A DNA stretch of 64,000 nucleotides from Alphaproteobacteria bacterium (GTDB taxonomy: Bacteria; Pseudomonadota; Alphaproteobacteria; UBA9219): NCBI GenBank assembly GCA_026225415.1, contig JAMFSS010000006.1, positions 1-64,000 of the forward strand. Reading direction: 5' to 3'. The notes below the pieces were generated by a model. It worked only from the letters and a program-made list of their open reading frames with translations. It was not told the origin of the DNA and made no database searches. Every line of letters begins with the position of its first letter. Position 1 is the stretch's first letter. Shown piece by piece: positions 40,498 through 49,599 of the stretch. Both the position numbers and the translations under genes were made by a program.

Positions 40498-41342
40498 TTT
40501 CCTGTTTTGGCGAGCCTGTCGAAAGCCTTCAGGCTTTCGATCAGTTCCGGCAATTCCTTGAGCGGCGTCGCGCTGGGTCCGTCGCAAGGCGCGTTTTCCG
40601 GATCATTATGCGTTTCGATAAAGATCGACGAAATACCCACTGCGACCGCGGCACGCGCCAAAGCCGGCACATATTGACGTTGCCCGCCCGCGCGTTCGCC
40701 GCCCGCGCCGCCACCCGGCTGTTGCACCGAATGAGTGACGTCATACATGACGGGATAACCTGTTTCGGCCATAATCGGGAAACCGCGCATATCGGTGACC
40801 AGCGCGTGATAACCAAAACTGACACCGCGTTCGCACAATATAATATTGTCATTGCCGGTCGATGCGATTTTTGACGCGACGTTTTTCATATCTTCGGGCG
40901 CAAGAAATTGGCCTTTTTTGACATTGATAACTTTGCCGGTTGCACCCGCCGCCAGAAGCAAATCAGTTTGGCGGCATAAAAAGGCAGGGATTTGCAGAAC
41001 ATCAATCACGGTTGCTGCGGGGGCGCATTGCGCGGCATCATGCACATCGGTGATAACCGGCATGCCAGTTTTCTCGCGGATATCGGCGAAAATTGGCAAA
41101 GCGTTTTCAAGCCCGATGCCGCGTGCCGATTTCATCGATGAACGGTTGGCTTTGTCAAACGAGCTTTTGTAAATCACCGGGATCTTGAACTTGTCGGCGA
41201 TTTCTTTGACCGCTGCGCTCATTTCCATTGCGTGAGCGCGGGATTCAAGCGTGTTGGGGCCAATGATAAAGACCAGCGGCAGATCATTACCAATTTTAAG
41301 CGTGCCGCCTTTGGGCAATTTGATTTCAATATGTTTAGGCAT
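40494..41342 (-). CDS. kdsA: 3-deoxy-8-phosphooctulonate synthase (KDO-8-P synthase)
   Basis: LPLVFIIGPNTLESRAHAMEM...IPVIYKSSFDKANRSS is full-length KdsA. The start is trimmed to MPKHIEI. Confidence 0.92.
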   Translation of the reverse strand: MPKHIEIKLPKGGTLKIGNDLPLVFIIGPNTLESRAHAMEMSAAVKEIADKFKIPVIYKSSFDKANRSSMKSARGIGLENALPIFADIREKTGMPVITDVHDAAQCAPAATVIDVLQIPAFLCRQTDLLLAAGATGKVINVKKGQFLAPEDMKNVASKIASTGNDNIILCERGVSFGYHALVTDMRGFPIMAETGYPVMYDVTHSVQQPGGGAGGERAGGQRQYVPALARAAVAVGISSIFIETHNDPENAPCDGPSATPLKELPELIESLKAFDRLAKTGK

Positions 41343-42084
41343 TTTGTTTTTCCTTTTTCGCACGCAAACGATAGCTGAACCAACCGACGGGTAATAACGC
41401 CGCATAAATAAGACCAATGCTGGATAAGGTCATCCAGGTATTTGTTACAAGACCCGCGACCAGCACGACTAGACCAATCAAAATAGGCACAACCCACACA
41501 GGCGCGATACGCCAGCCTTTAAGCGCGAAAGTCGGCAATTGGCTGACCATCAACGCACCCACAATCATCATCCAAAAAGCATAAAGCGGCGCGGGCAAAG
41601 TCGCGCCATCGCCATATTGCAAAACAAACGCAAGCGGCAATAATGCCATGCACGCACCCGCCGGAATGGGCACACCGGTGAAATAGCTTTTAGCCCAGGC
41701 GGGCACCGCGTGATTTTCCAGCATCGTATTGAAACGCGCCAGACGCAATACGCCGCAAACGGCGAACACCAGAACCGCAATCCAACCGATGCCGCCCGCG
41801 TCTTTCAACACCCATTCATACATAATAAAGCCCGGTGCCACGCCAAAACTTATCGCGTCTGACAGGCTGTCCAGCTCGGCGCCGAATTTGCTGGCGATAT
41901 TTAACAACCGCGCCACACGGCCATCCAGCACATCGAACACCGCCGCGATGATGATGGATAGAACGGCATATTCCCATTGTTGATTCAGCGCAAACCGAAT
42001 GCCGGTCATGCCCGAACAAAGCGACATCAGCGTAAGCATATTCGGCAAGAGCCGCGTCAGGGGCAAATCTTTGCTCATACGCAT
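41335..42084 (-). CDS. pssA: CDP-diacylglycerol--serine O-phosphatidyltransferase
   Basis: DVLDGRVARLL...GAELDSLSDAISFGVAPG is the CDP-alcohol phosphatidyltransferase motif. Confidence 0.85.
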   Translation of the reverse strand: MRMSKDLPLTRLLPNMLTLMSLCSGMTGIRFALNQQWEYAVLSIIIAAVFDVLDGRVARLLNIASKFGAELDSLSDAISFGVAPGFIMYEWVLKDAGGIGWIAVLVFAVCGVLRLARFNTMLENHAVPAWAKSYFTGVPIPAGACMALLPLAFVLQYGDGATLPAPLYAFWMMIVGALMVSQLPTFALKGWRIAPVWVVPILIGLVVLVAGLVTNTWMTLSSIGLIYAALLPVGWFSYRLRAKKEKQNA

Positions 42085-42090
42085 TCCTCT

Positions 42091-42798
42091 TTAAGCACGA
42101 ACTTCGCCGAGGCGTTGCGGTTCATTAGCCGCGAAATCCGCAATCACGGTTTCGCCACCGATCATATATTGGCCAATCGCAACCAAAGGTTTGACACCAT
42201 GCGGCAAATAAATATCGGTGCGCGAACCAAAACGGATAATGCCGAAACGGGCACCCGTCTGATAAGACTGGCCTTCCTGCGCATCGCACAAAATGCGGCG
42301 GGCAATAAGGCCGGCGATTTGCACAACGCCGATCAATTCGCCCGCTTTGGGATGATCACCCGTTAATTTCAACGTGATGCCCATACGTTCATTATCGGTG
42401 CTGGCTTTATCCAGCGAGGCATTGACGAACTTACCGGCGCGATAACGGCGCGCGGTCACAATGCCTTCGGCAGGGATGCGGTTCACATGCACATCGAACA
42501 CATTCAGAAAAACGCTGACCCGCGTGCGGGGCGCATCACCCAAACCGAATTCGGCATCGGGCACCACATCCTGGATCAAAACCACTTTGCCATCGGCCGG
42601 GCTGACCACAAGACCGGCGCGGGTTGGCGTGGTGCGGGCAGGATCGCGGAAAAAGTAAAAACACCATGTCGTCAGGATGATGCCGATAAAAAACATGGTT
42701 TTGCCGATCAGGGCGAACAAAGCCGTCACTCCGATAAAGGCGGCGATAAAAGGCCAACCGGCGGGATGGAAGAAAAGGAAAGGATTATTGTTTTTCAT
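42091..42798 (-). CDS. psd: phosphatidylserine decarboxylase (short type)
   Basis: Upstream of pssA. ...[18 protein letters not shown] with an N-terminal transmembrane helix gives the Psd proenzyme pattern. Confidence 0.85.
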   Translation of the reverse strand: MKNNNPFLFFHPAGWPFIAAFIGVTALFALIGKTMFFIGIILTTWCFYFFRDPARTTPTRAGLVVSPADGKVVLIQDVVPDAEFGLGDAPRTRVSVFLNVFDVHVNRIPAEGIVTARRYRAGKFVNASLDKASTDNERMGITLKLTGDHPKAGELIGVVQIAGLIARRILCDAQEGQSYQTGARFGIIRFGSRTDIYLPHGVKPLVAIGQYMIGGETVIADFAANEPQRLGEVRA

Positions 42799-42932
42799 GT
42801 TTGCGATCTTATGGGTTTAAAGAGTTTTAGGATGATGCCCACCCTAGCCGCAGCTGGCCCGCATCTCAAGATATTAACTTTGCGGATAATGTATGCTATT
42901 TCTTTGGTTGTTGGCTCTGATTCCCCACCTTA

Positions 42933-43424
42933 ATGCCCCCAAACATGCAAACAGCCGCCCTTCAACGCGATGATGAACCGGTTAATTTTGAAGAGCTTCT
43001 CCATAAGCTCGACAATGAATTTGCCGCCATTGCGCCGCATCTGCTGGAACGATTCCGTTTTGATGTCGATGGCATGAGTTATGAAATGCGCCGTATTACG
43101 CATGAAAGCGGGTTTCGTTTCCTGATCACCGTCACTATCGGTTTTCTGCCTTTCAGTATCGAATCGAGTACGCGGCGCGATGCCATCCGCCGCGTCGTGC
43201 GCGCCACGCAAGGCCTGCCGCGTGTGCATTTTGCCGTTACGCCCGCCAGCAAAATTACCGCAGGCGGCGTGTTTGAGGTCGCGCGGATAACGACGCCGGA
43301 TTTCATTTTTTATCCTTTAATGCTGTTTATTCAGGAAGCACGGCCTTTTATGGATTTGGTCGGCCAATATCTGCAAGACCCGCCAGCACCCACGCCGGAA
43401 CCACTAGTGTCCGAAAACGGTTAG
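42933..43424 (+). CDS. hypothetical protein
   Basis: 163-aa ORF with normal composition. I recognise no family. Confidence 0.35.
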   Translation: MPPNMQTAALQRDDEPVNFEELLHKLDNEFAAIAPHLLERFRFDVDGMSYEMRRITHESGFRFLITVTIGFLPFSIESSTRRDAIRRVVRATQGLPRVHFAVTPASKITAGGVFEVARITTPDFIFYPLMLFIQEARPFMDLVGQYLQDPPAPTPEPLVSENG

Positions 43425-43484
43425 ATTCTTTTAACCAATGGCGAGTTAGAATAAGGCGTTATCCATTTTTGTCAGGAATCCGTC

Positions 43485-44084
43485 TTGTCCTCTATACTCC
43501 CTTCAGCCCCCGCCTCCGTCTGTGTTTATTGCGGTTCGTCCAACGCCGTTGCCGACAAATACAAACAAGTCGCGCAACAGGTGGGCAGCGGTTTAGCGGC
43601 GCGCGGATCACGCGTTATTTACGGCGGCGGCCATGTCGGTTTGATGGGCATTGTCGCCGAAAGCGCGATCAAGGCGGGCGGCACCGTTATCGGCATTATC
43701 CCCGAACATTTGCGCGCGCAGGAAGTGCAATTTGACGGCGTGACCAAATTGCATGTCGTGCCTGATATGCACACACGCAAACGTATGATGGTCGAACATG
43801 CGGATGCGTTTGTGATTTTGCCCGGCGGGCTCGGCACGTTGGACGAAGCGTTTGAGATTCTGACATGGAAAAAATTGGGGCTGCACAACAAGCTTGTGTT
43901 GATTTTTAATCAGGATGGTTATTGGGATGAATTTATCGCGCTCTTCGACAAAACAATCACCGAAGGTTTTTCACGACCCGCCGACCGCAACCTGTTCCGC
44001 GAAGTGAAAACGGTCGATGAAATGTTTGCGGTTCTGGCAGAACCGGTCATCGCAGATCGTGGTGTTTTAACGAACCGGCTTTAA
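43485..44084 (+). CDS. LOG family protein (cytokinin riboside 5'-monophosphate phosphoribohydrolase-like, TIGR00730)
   Basis: CVYCGSS...GGGHVGLMG...PGGLGTLDE. Confidence 0.85.
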   Translation: MSSILPSAPASVCVYCGSSNAVADKYKQVAQQVGSGLAARGSRVIYGGGHVGLMGIVAESAIKAGGTVIGIIPEHLRAQEVQFDGVTKLHVVPDMHTRKRMMVEHADAFVILPGGLGTLDEAFEILTWKKLGLHNKLVLIFNQDGYWDEFIALFDKTITEGFSRPADRNLFREVKTVDEMFAVLAEPVIADRGVLTNRL

Positions 44085-44174
44085 ACTTCACAGAACCACA
44101 CTATCAATCGCCGAAGTTTGCGTTGAATGATGCGATTTTTCCAAAAAATGCAACAGACCCCCAAAATCCGACGA

Positions 44175-44923
44175 TCAGAGAACGCCCAACATGCTGGCGA
44201 CCAACGGATGACGCACAACATCTTTGTCCGTCAGCGTCACGACAGCAATGCCCGAAACCTTGTCCAGCTTGTGTGCGATTTGCGCCAGGCCCGAAACCCC
44301 TTCCAGCAAATCGCTTTGGTCGGGGTCGCCGGTCAAAACCATTGTCGAATGCCAGCCCAAACGGGTAAGCAGCATTTTAATCTGGCCATAGGTACAGTTC
44401 TGCGCTTCGTCAATCACCACAAAGGCATTGTTCAACGTACGCCCACGCATAAAACCAATCGGCGCAATTTCAATCGAGCCATCGGCCATATATTGTTTCA
44501 AACGTTTGCCGCCCATGCGGTCATTGAGCGCATCATAAAGAGGCGCAAAAAGGGCGACATTTTTTCCTGTAAATCGCCGGGCAGGAAACCAAGCGTTTCG
44601 CCCGCTTCGACCGCCGGACGCGACAGGATGATACGGTCAACACGACCGGCTTCCAACGCTTCGACGGCAGCCGTGATGGCCAGATAGGTTTTACCGGTAC
44701 CGGCGGGCCCAACGGCCACAACCAGATTATGTTGCGCCATCGCATCCATCAGAAGCGATTGGTTGGCATTTTGCGGTTTTATCTTGCGGACATAGGATTG
44801 GTCGCGCCGTTCAAAACCGGGTTGATTTAAAGGATCCCAGGGCGAATTGGATGTATAAAGGGGTTCGACATTATGCGACTTTTCATTACGGTTTGAACTG
44901 TCAAAATGACGACGCTTGCCCAT
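44175..44923 (-). pseudogene. phoH: PhoH-like ATPase gene interrupted by a single-base frameshift
   Basis: N-terminal ORF (44498..44923) reads ...VGPAGTGKTYLAITAAVEALEAGRVDRIILSRPAVEAGETLGFLPGDLQEKMSPFLR and then leaves frame. The conserved continuation PLYDALNDRMGGKRLKQYMADGSIEIAPIGFMRGRTLNNAFVVIDEAQN... is in another frame (ORF 44175..44516). The shift maps to about 44542-44556 (ggcgcaaaaagggcgac). Confidence 0.6.
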
Positions 44924-45341
44924 AGAGGCTCCTTTTCCGTCCGGCGGATGAAAACCGGACATGAACAAACCGTGCGGACACACTGCGTGACCGCATCGGG
45001 ATCTGTGAAAATATAGGTTGGGATTGAAGTGCAGAAGATACAGGGCCGGAAGATGGCTTTGGTTTGAAATATGCTGAATAAGACCTGTTAATCTTACTGC
45101 CTCCTGTTCGGCTGCCCCTTGAAGCATTACGGGGCAAAAAAACCATTAACCTGTTGAATTACAAGGTATTTACTTATGCCCTGTTAACTCTACTACCACT
45201 ATACGATAAGTCGGTTAAGAAACCATTAGGAAAGGTTCGAATTTTATATAATTCCGCATCCGCAACCTTCCTGATTTCCTTGACTCTAGGAGGAGTAATC
45301 CTTAGGTTGCGCGTCTGTTTCTAAGATTAAAGGATGTTCCT

Positions 45342-45467
45342 ATGAAAGTCGCCAATTCTCTGAAGTCGCTGAAAAAGCGCCACGCCGATTGCAAAGTTGT
45401 GCGCCGCAAGGGTCGCACCTATGTGATCAACAAAACCAACCCGCGCTATAAATCGCGTCAAGGTTAA
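45342..45467 (+). CDS. rpmJ: 50S ribosomal protein L36 (Cys-poor type B / YkgO-like form)
   Basis: Hand-translated: [41 protein letters not shown], 41 aa. It is absent from the ORF track because it is under 60 aa. The glycosyltransferase-like gene follows 8 nt later. Confidence 0.85.
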   Translation: MKVANSLKSLKKRHADCKVVRRKGRTYVINKTNPRYKSRQG

Positions 45468-45475
45468 GTTTTGCG

Positions 45476-46366
45476 GTGAGCAAACCACAACAAATTGTGG
45501 TGACTGCTTGCAATGATCTGTATCTTCCCCTCGCGCTAGGATTGTTGAAATCCTTACGCGAGGTTTCTTTTTCTACCCCCTTCGACATTGGCGTGATCGA
45601 TGTCGGCCTTGGTGATGAAACCAAGGCCCGAATTGCCGCGTTCGGCGCCATAATCGTTCCCGCCCAACTGCACTTTGATTATCCGGGACGCGCGGCATGG
45701 GAAGAACATAATTTCGCCTATCGCGCCATGACATCGCGGCCTTTTTTACGCGAACATTTCACCGGCTATCAAACCTATTTATGGATCGATGCCGATGCGT
45801 GGGCGCAAACGCCTGACGCCATCGACACGATGTTGGCGGGTGCCGCCAATAGCGATGCACTCCATATCATTTCGGAAATCGACCGCGATTACACGCCATA
45901 TTTCCTCAGCTCGCAGCCATGGAATTATCATTTCAAATGGTACAGCGCCAATTTCCCCAGGGAATCCGTGGCCGCGATTTTTCCGCGCCCGATGTTGAAT
46001 TCAGGCGTTCTGACCATGCATACCTCATCGCCAGTGTGGAAAGCATGGGGCGATACCTTGGCGTATTGTTTACAAAATAAACCCGTCATCACGCGCGACC
46101 AGTTTATGTGCGATCAGTTGAGTTTGAATATGGCCGTGTATACGCAAGGCCTGCCGTTGAAGGTAATGCCTGCCGAATATAATTGGCTGTCGCTTTACGC
46201 GACTCCTATGTGGGATGCCGAACGTAAATTATTCGTACGCCCCACCCCGCCGCGCAGCGTGATTTCGATTTTGCATCTAACGCATGAAAAAAAATTGCGT
46301 GAGTTCGATTTGGATATTGTCGGGGGCGGCACGTATACACGCACGCTTCTTAACCAAACTACTTAA
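45476..46366 (+). CDS. putative nucleotide-diphospho-sugar glycosyltransferase (DxD motif; GT8-like fold)
   Basis: VVTACNDLYLPLALGLLKSL...YLWIDADAW. GTG start. The assignment is tentative. Confidence 0.4.
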   Translation: MSKPQQIVVTACNDLYLPLALGLLKSLREVSFSTPFDIGVIDVGLGDETKARIAAFGAIIVPAQLHFDYPGRAAWEEHNFAYRAMTSRPFLREHFTGYQTYLWIDADAWAQTPDAIDTMLAGAANSDALHIISEIDRDYTPYFLSSQPWNYHFKWYSANFPRESVAAIFPRPMLNSGVLTMHTSSPVWKAWGDTLAYCLQNKPVITRDQFMCDQLSLNMAVYTQGLPLKVMPAEYNWLSLYATPMWDAERKLFVRPTPPRSVISILHLTHEKKLREFDLDIVGGGTYTRTLLNQTT

Positions 46367-47237
46367 CTGCGGCCGCATCAATACCCGCTTCCGATGCTAC
46401 CGCCGCTTCAATAGAAGCCGCATCAAGCGCCGACTTACCGCCCAATTTCACATAACGCGCGCAGGCATGATCGAGCGCGAGGATGGATTTATCAGGATTG
46501 TTGCGATTGCGGATATAGCGGTCGGTGAGTTTCACCACTTTGGCGCAAGCTTCGCGGTCGATGGTCACGCCATAATGTTTTTCAAAATTGCCCTTCAGGT
46601 TCATCAAGATATTCAATGTCATCTGCGTATCAGGCGTGGCGAGGAATATTTTCTGGAAACGGCGATCAATGGCGGGTTCCACCGTCACATAATCTTCATA
46701 TTCTTCACGCGTGGTCGCACCAATCACATATAAATCGCCCGCCGTCAGATAAGGCTTCATCAAATCGGCAATCCCGGAATAGCTGGATGCTTTGAAGGCC
46801 AGCATCAGCTGATGAATTTCATCGATACAGAAAATAATCGGCGGGAAATCACGTGTCGCATTGCGTTCGGCAACGCCTTTTAAAATCGGGATCAAACGCC
46901 CTTCCAGATCGGCGCGTGATTGCGAACCGGCACCGATCATCGACATTTCAAGTTCGATAATGCGCGCACCCTTCAACATATCTGGCACGCGACCCTGTGC
47001 GATCCATTGCGCCAGACCGATGAACAAAGCGGTTTTACCGACACCGGCACCGCCCAGCAACATGATATTCTTCCGCAAACGTTGCAAAAGAATCAGCGTC
47101 ATATAATCGATCTCTTCATCACGACCAGAAATAGGATCGAATTTCCCTTCGCGTTCCTGCAATGTAATGTCACGGGTGTAGCGGTGAATCAAACCGTTGA
47201 GTTCGTCATCGGAGATTACAAAATTATGCTTGGTCAT
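46359..47237 (-). CDS. stand-alone AAA+ ATPase resembling the D1 domain of ClpA/ClpB
   Basis: GKFDPISGRDEEIDYMTLILLQRLRKNIMLLGGAGVGKTAL...IIFCIDEIHQLM...LYVIGATTREEYEDYV...ERRFQKIFLATPD...LTDRYIRNRNNPDKSILALDHACA. This matches ClpA/B D1 (Walker A/B, sensor, arginine finger) with no N-domain or D2. Its ATG overlaps the aroB stop (ATGA). Confidence 0.6.
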   Translation of the reverse strand: MTKHNFVISDDELNGLIHRYTRDITLQEREGKFDPISGRDEEIDYMTLILLQRLRKNIMLLGGAGVGKTALFIGLAQWIAQGRVPDMLKGARIIELEMSMIGAGSQSRADLEGRLIPILKGVAERNATRDFPPIIFCIDEIHQLMLAFKASSYSGIADLMKPYLTAGDLYVIGATTREEYEDYVTVEPAIDRRFQKIFLATPDTQMTLNILMNLKGNFEKHYGVTIDREACAKVVKLTDRYIRNRNNPDKSILALDHACARYVKLGGKSALDAASIEAAVASEAGIDAAAVK

Positions 47238-48409
47238 TTGGACAGAAATTCCTCCCACACGGCGCGGATATCCTTAACATCGGTATCGCGCGAAACAAAG
47301 GCCTGCCCAATGCCGCGCAGCAGGATAAGCGTGATCTTGCCAGCTTCGGCTTTTTTATCCTGCGCCATATAGGCCATCAGACGGTCGATGTCATAAGCGA
47401 TGGAGGGCGGTTTAACCGGCAAACCCACAGTCATAAAATGCGCATGGACATCATCATAATCTTTTTGCGGGCACAACCCTAAACGCGCCGACAACCGTAG
47501 CGCCAGCAAGATGCCCAGCGCAACCGCTTCACCATGCACCAACGCATTGCCGAAACCCGTTACGACTTCCAGTGCATGCCCGAAAGTGTGCCCCAGATTG
47601 AGCAATGCGCGAACACCGGATTCGCGTTCGTCTTTGGCAACGATTTTGGCCTTGGCGGCACAGCTGGCGCCCACCGCATAAATTTGCGCATCATGATCGC
47701 CGTTGACCAATTGGCCGCCATGCGCGGCGCACCAACGGAAAAAAACCGGATCATTGATCAACCCATATTTAACAATTTCGGCATAACCGGCACGTATTTC
47801 GCGGGCAGAAAGAGAATCCAGCAACGTCACATCAGCCAACACCAGACACGGTTGATAAAACGAGCCGACGGTATTTTTGCCGTGGGTCGTATCAATCGCG
47901 GTTTTGCCGCCGACCGAACTGTCGACCTGCGCCAGCAAAGTCGTGGGGATTTGCACATAATCAATGCCGCGCATCGCAAGCGATGCGGCAAGCCCCGCCA
48001 TATCACCAACCACACCGCCGCCCAGTGCGATGATAAGGGATTTGCGGTCGATATTCGCCGCCAGAATTTTTTCCAATACAATTTGCAGCTGCGCAAAGTT
48101 TTTGTTCGCTTCGCCCGCGGGCACAACGATATGCGTCAATACATCATGGCCGCCCGCCGCCAAATTGGCTTCCAGCCTTGCGCGATAAAGTGGGTCAACA
48201 TTGCTGTCGGTCACAATCACAGAGCGACGTGCACCAAGACGCAACCGGATAAGGGTCGCGGCTTCGGATAAAATGCTGTTGCCAATAACAATGTCATAGG
48301 ATGGCGTCGTCGCCGTATCAGCGAAATCAACACGCACAATCTTGCCGGGCGTAAAACGAGCCAAATCTACAGCGGCAGAGTCGGCGGCGATTGTGGAGGA
48401 AGGAGTCAT
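47234..48409 (-). CDS. aroB: 3-dehydroquinate synthase
   Basis: A full-length AroB with GGGVVGDMAGLAAS and the metal-binding His/Glu. Confidence 0.92.
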   Translation of the reverse strand: MTPSSTIAADSAAVDLARFTPGKIVRVDFADTATTPSYDIVIGNSILSEAATLIRLRLGARRSVIVTDSNVDPLYRARLEANLAAGGHDVLTHIVVPAGEANKNFAQLQIVLEKILAANIDRKSLIIALGGGVVGDMAGLAASLAMRGIDYVQIPTTLLAQVDSSVGGKTAIDTTHGKNTVGSFYQPCLVLADVTLLDSLSAREIRAGYAEIVKYGLINDPVFFRWCAAHGGQLVNGDHDAQIYAVGASCAAKAKIVAKDERESGVRALLNLGHTFGHALEVVTGFGNALVHGEAVALGILLALRLSARLGLCPQKDYDDVHAHFMTVGLPVKPPSIAYDIDRLMAYMAQDKKAEAGKITLILLRGIGQAFVSRDTDVKDIRAVWEEFLSK

Positions 48410-49590
48410 TTACCGATCAGCTCCTCTGCCTGGGCGCGCGCGGCCTCATCAGCTTCGCGCAACACTTCCAAATCAGTCAACGGCGCAGCATTGCTGCCAT
48501 TCAACACGGATTCATTAATGCGTTCGATATCCAAAAATCCTATACGTTTATCAAGGAAAGCCTGCACCGCGACTTCGTTGGCGGCGCTGAGCATGGCGGG
48601 CGCGGTGCCACCTTTTTTCATCGCTTCCTGCGCAAAACGCAAAGCGGGGAATTTAACCGGGTCAGGATTTTCAAATGTCAGCGAACCGATTTTCGCCAGC
48701 TCAAGACGCGGCACCGGTGTTTCCATCCGCTGCGGCCACGCCAAACAATAACCAATGGGGGTGCGCATATCGGGCGAACCCATTTGCGCCAGAACCGACC
48801 CATCGCGATATTCAACCATGCTGTGAATAACCGATTGCGGATGCACCAAAACATCGATTTGTTCGGGCGGCATCTGGAACAGGAAGTGCGCTTCGATAAC
48901 TTCGAGCGCCTTGTTCATCAAGGTTGCGCTGTCGATAGAAATTTTCGCGCCCATGCTCCAAACGGGATGTTTGACCGCCTGTTCCGCCGTCATCTTTGCC
49001 ATGTCTTCGCGCGACGTCGTACGGAACGGCCCACCGGAAGCGGTCAATATCAATCGCGCGATGCCTTCGGGATTATTGAAATCGAAAACCTGATAAATCG
49101 CGTTATGTTCGCTGTCGACCGGCAACAAGGTCGCGCCCGCTTCGGCGACAAGCTTCATCATCAAAGGCCCGGCGCACACCAACGTTTCCTTGTTCGCAAA
49201 GGTAATCGTCGCGCCGCGCCGCGCCGCCGCCAATGTGCCGGGCAAACCTGCCGCGCCCACAATGGCCGACATAACCCAATCGCTGTCGGCCTGTGCCGCT
49301 TCTTCAACCGCTTTGGCACCCGCAGCCGCCTGAATGCCAGTGCCAGCCAGCGCGTCTTTCAACGATGCATATTGGCTTTCATCGGCGACAACCGCCATTG
49401 CGGGCTTCAACAGTTTTGCCTGCTCCACCAATAATGCGACATTCTTATTGGCTGTCAGCGCGACCATTTCGTACGCATCGGGCGAACGCGCGATAAGGTC
49501 GATCGTTTGTTGGCCGACCGAACCGGTCGAACCCAAAATCGTGATTTTGCGTTTCGCCGCATTTGTTTTTATTTTTTGAACAACAGTCAC
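48406..49590 (-). CDS. dxr: 1-deoxy-D-xylulose 5-phosphate reductoisomerase
   Basis: ITILGSTGSVGQQTIDLI is the NADPH-binding motif. A full-length Dxr. Its stop overlaps the aroB start by 4 nt. Confidence 0.95.
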   Translation of the reverse strand: MTVVQKIKTNAAKRKITILGSTGSVGQQTIDLIARSPDAYEMVALTANKNVALLVEQAKLLKPAMAVVADESQYASLKDALAGTGIQAAAGAKAVEEAAQADSDWVMSAIVGAAGLPGTLAAARRGATITFANKETLVCAGPLMMKLVAEAGATLLPVDSEHNAIYQVFDFNNPEGIARLILTASGGPFRTTSREDMAKMTAEQAVKHPVWSMGAKISIDSATLMNKALEVIEAHFLFQMPPEQIDVLVHPQSVIHSMVEYRDGSVLAQMGSPDMRTPIGYCLAWPQRMETPVPRLELAKIGSLTFENPDPVKFPALRFAQEAMKKGGTAPAMLSAANEVAVQAFLDKRIGFLDIERINESVLNGSNAAPLTDLEVLREADEAARAQAEELIGK

Positions 49591-49599
49591 ATCACCCTC

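Noticed and set aside
48391-49434. 347-aa plus-strand ORF antisense to dxr, and 47534..48271 (+) antisense to aroB
   Set aside because: They are embedded in intact dxr and aroB genes and their Arg-rich composition indicates a reverse-frame artefact.
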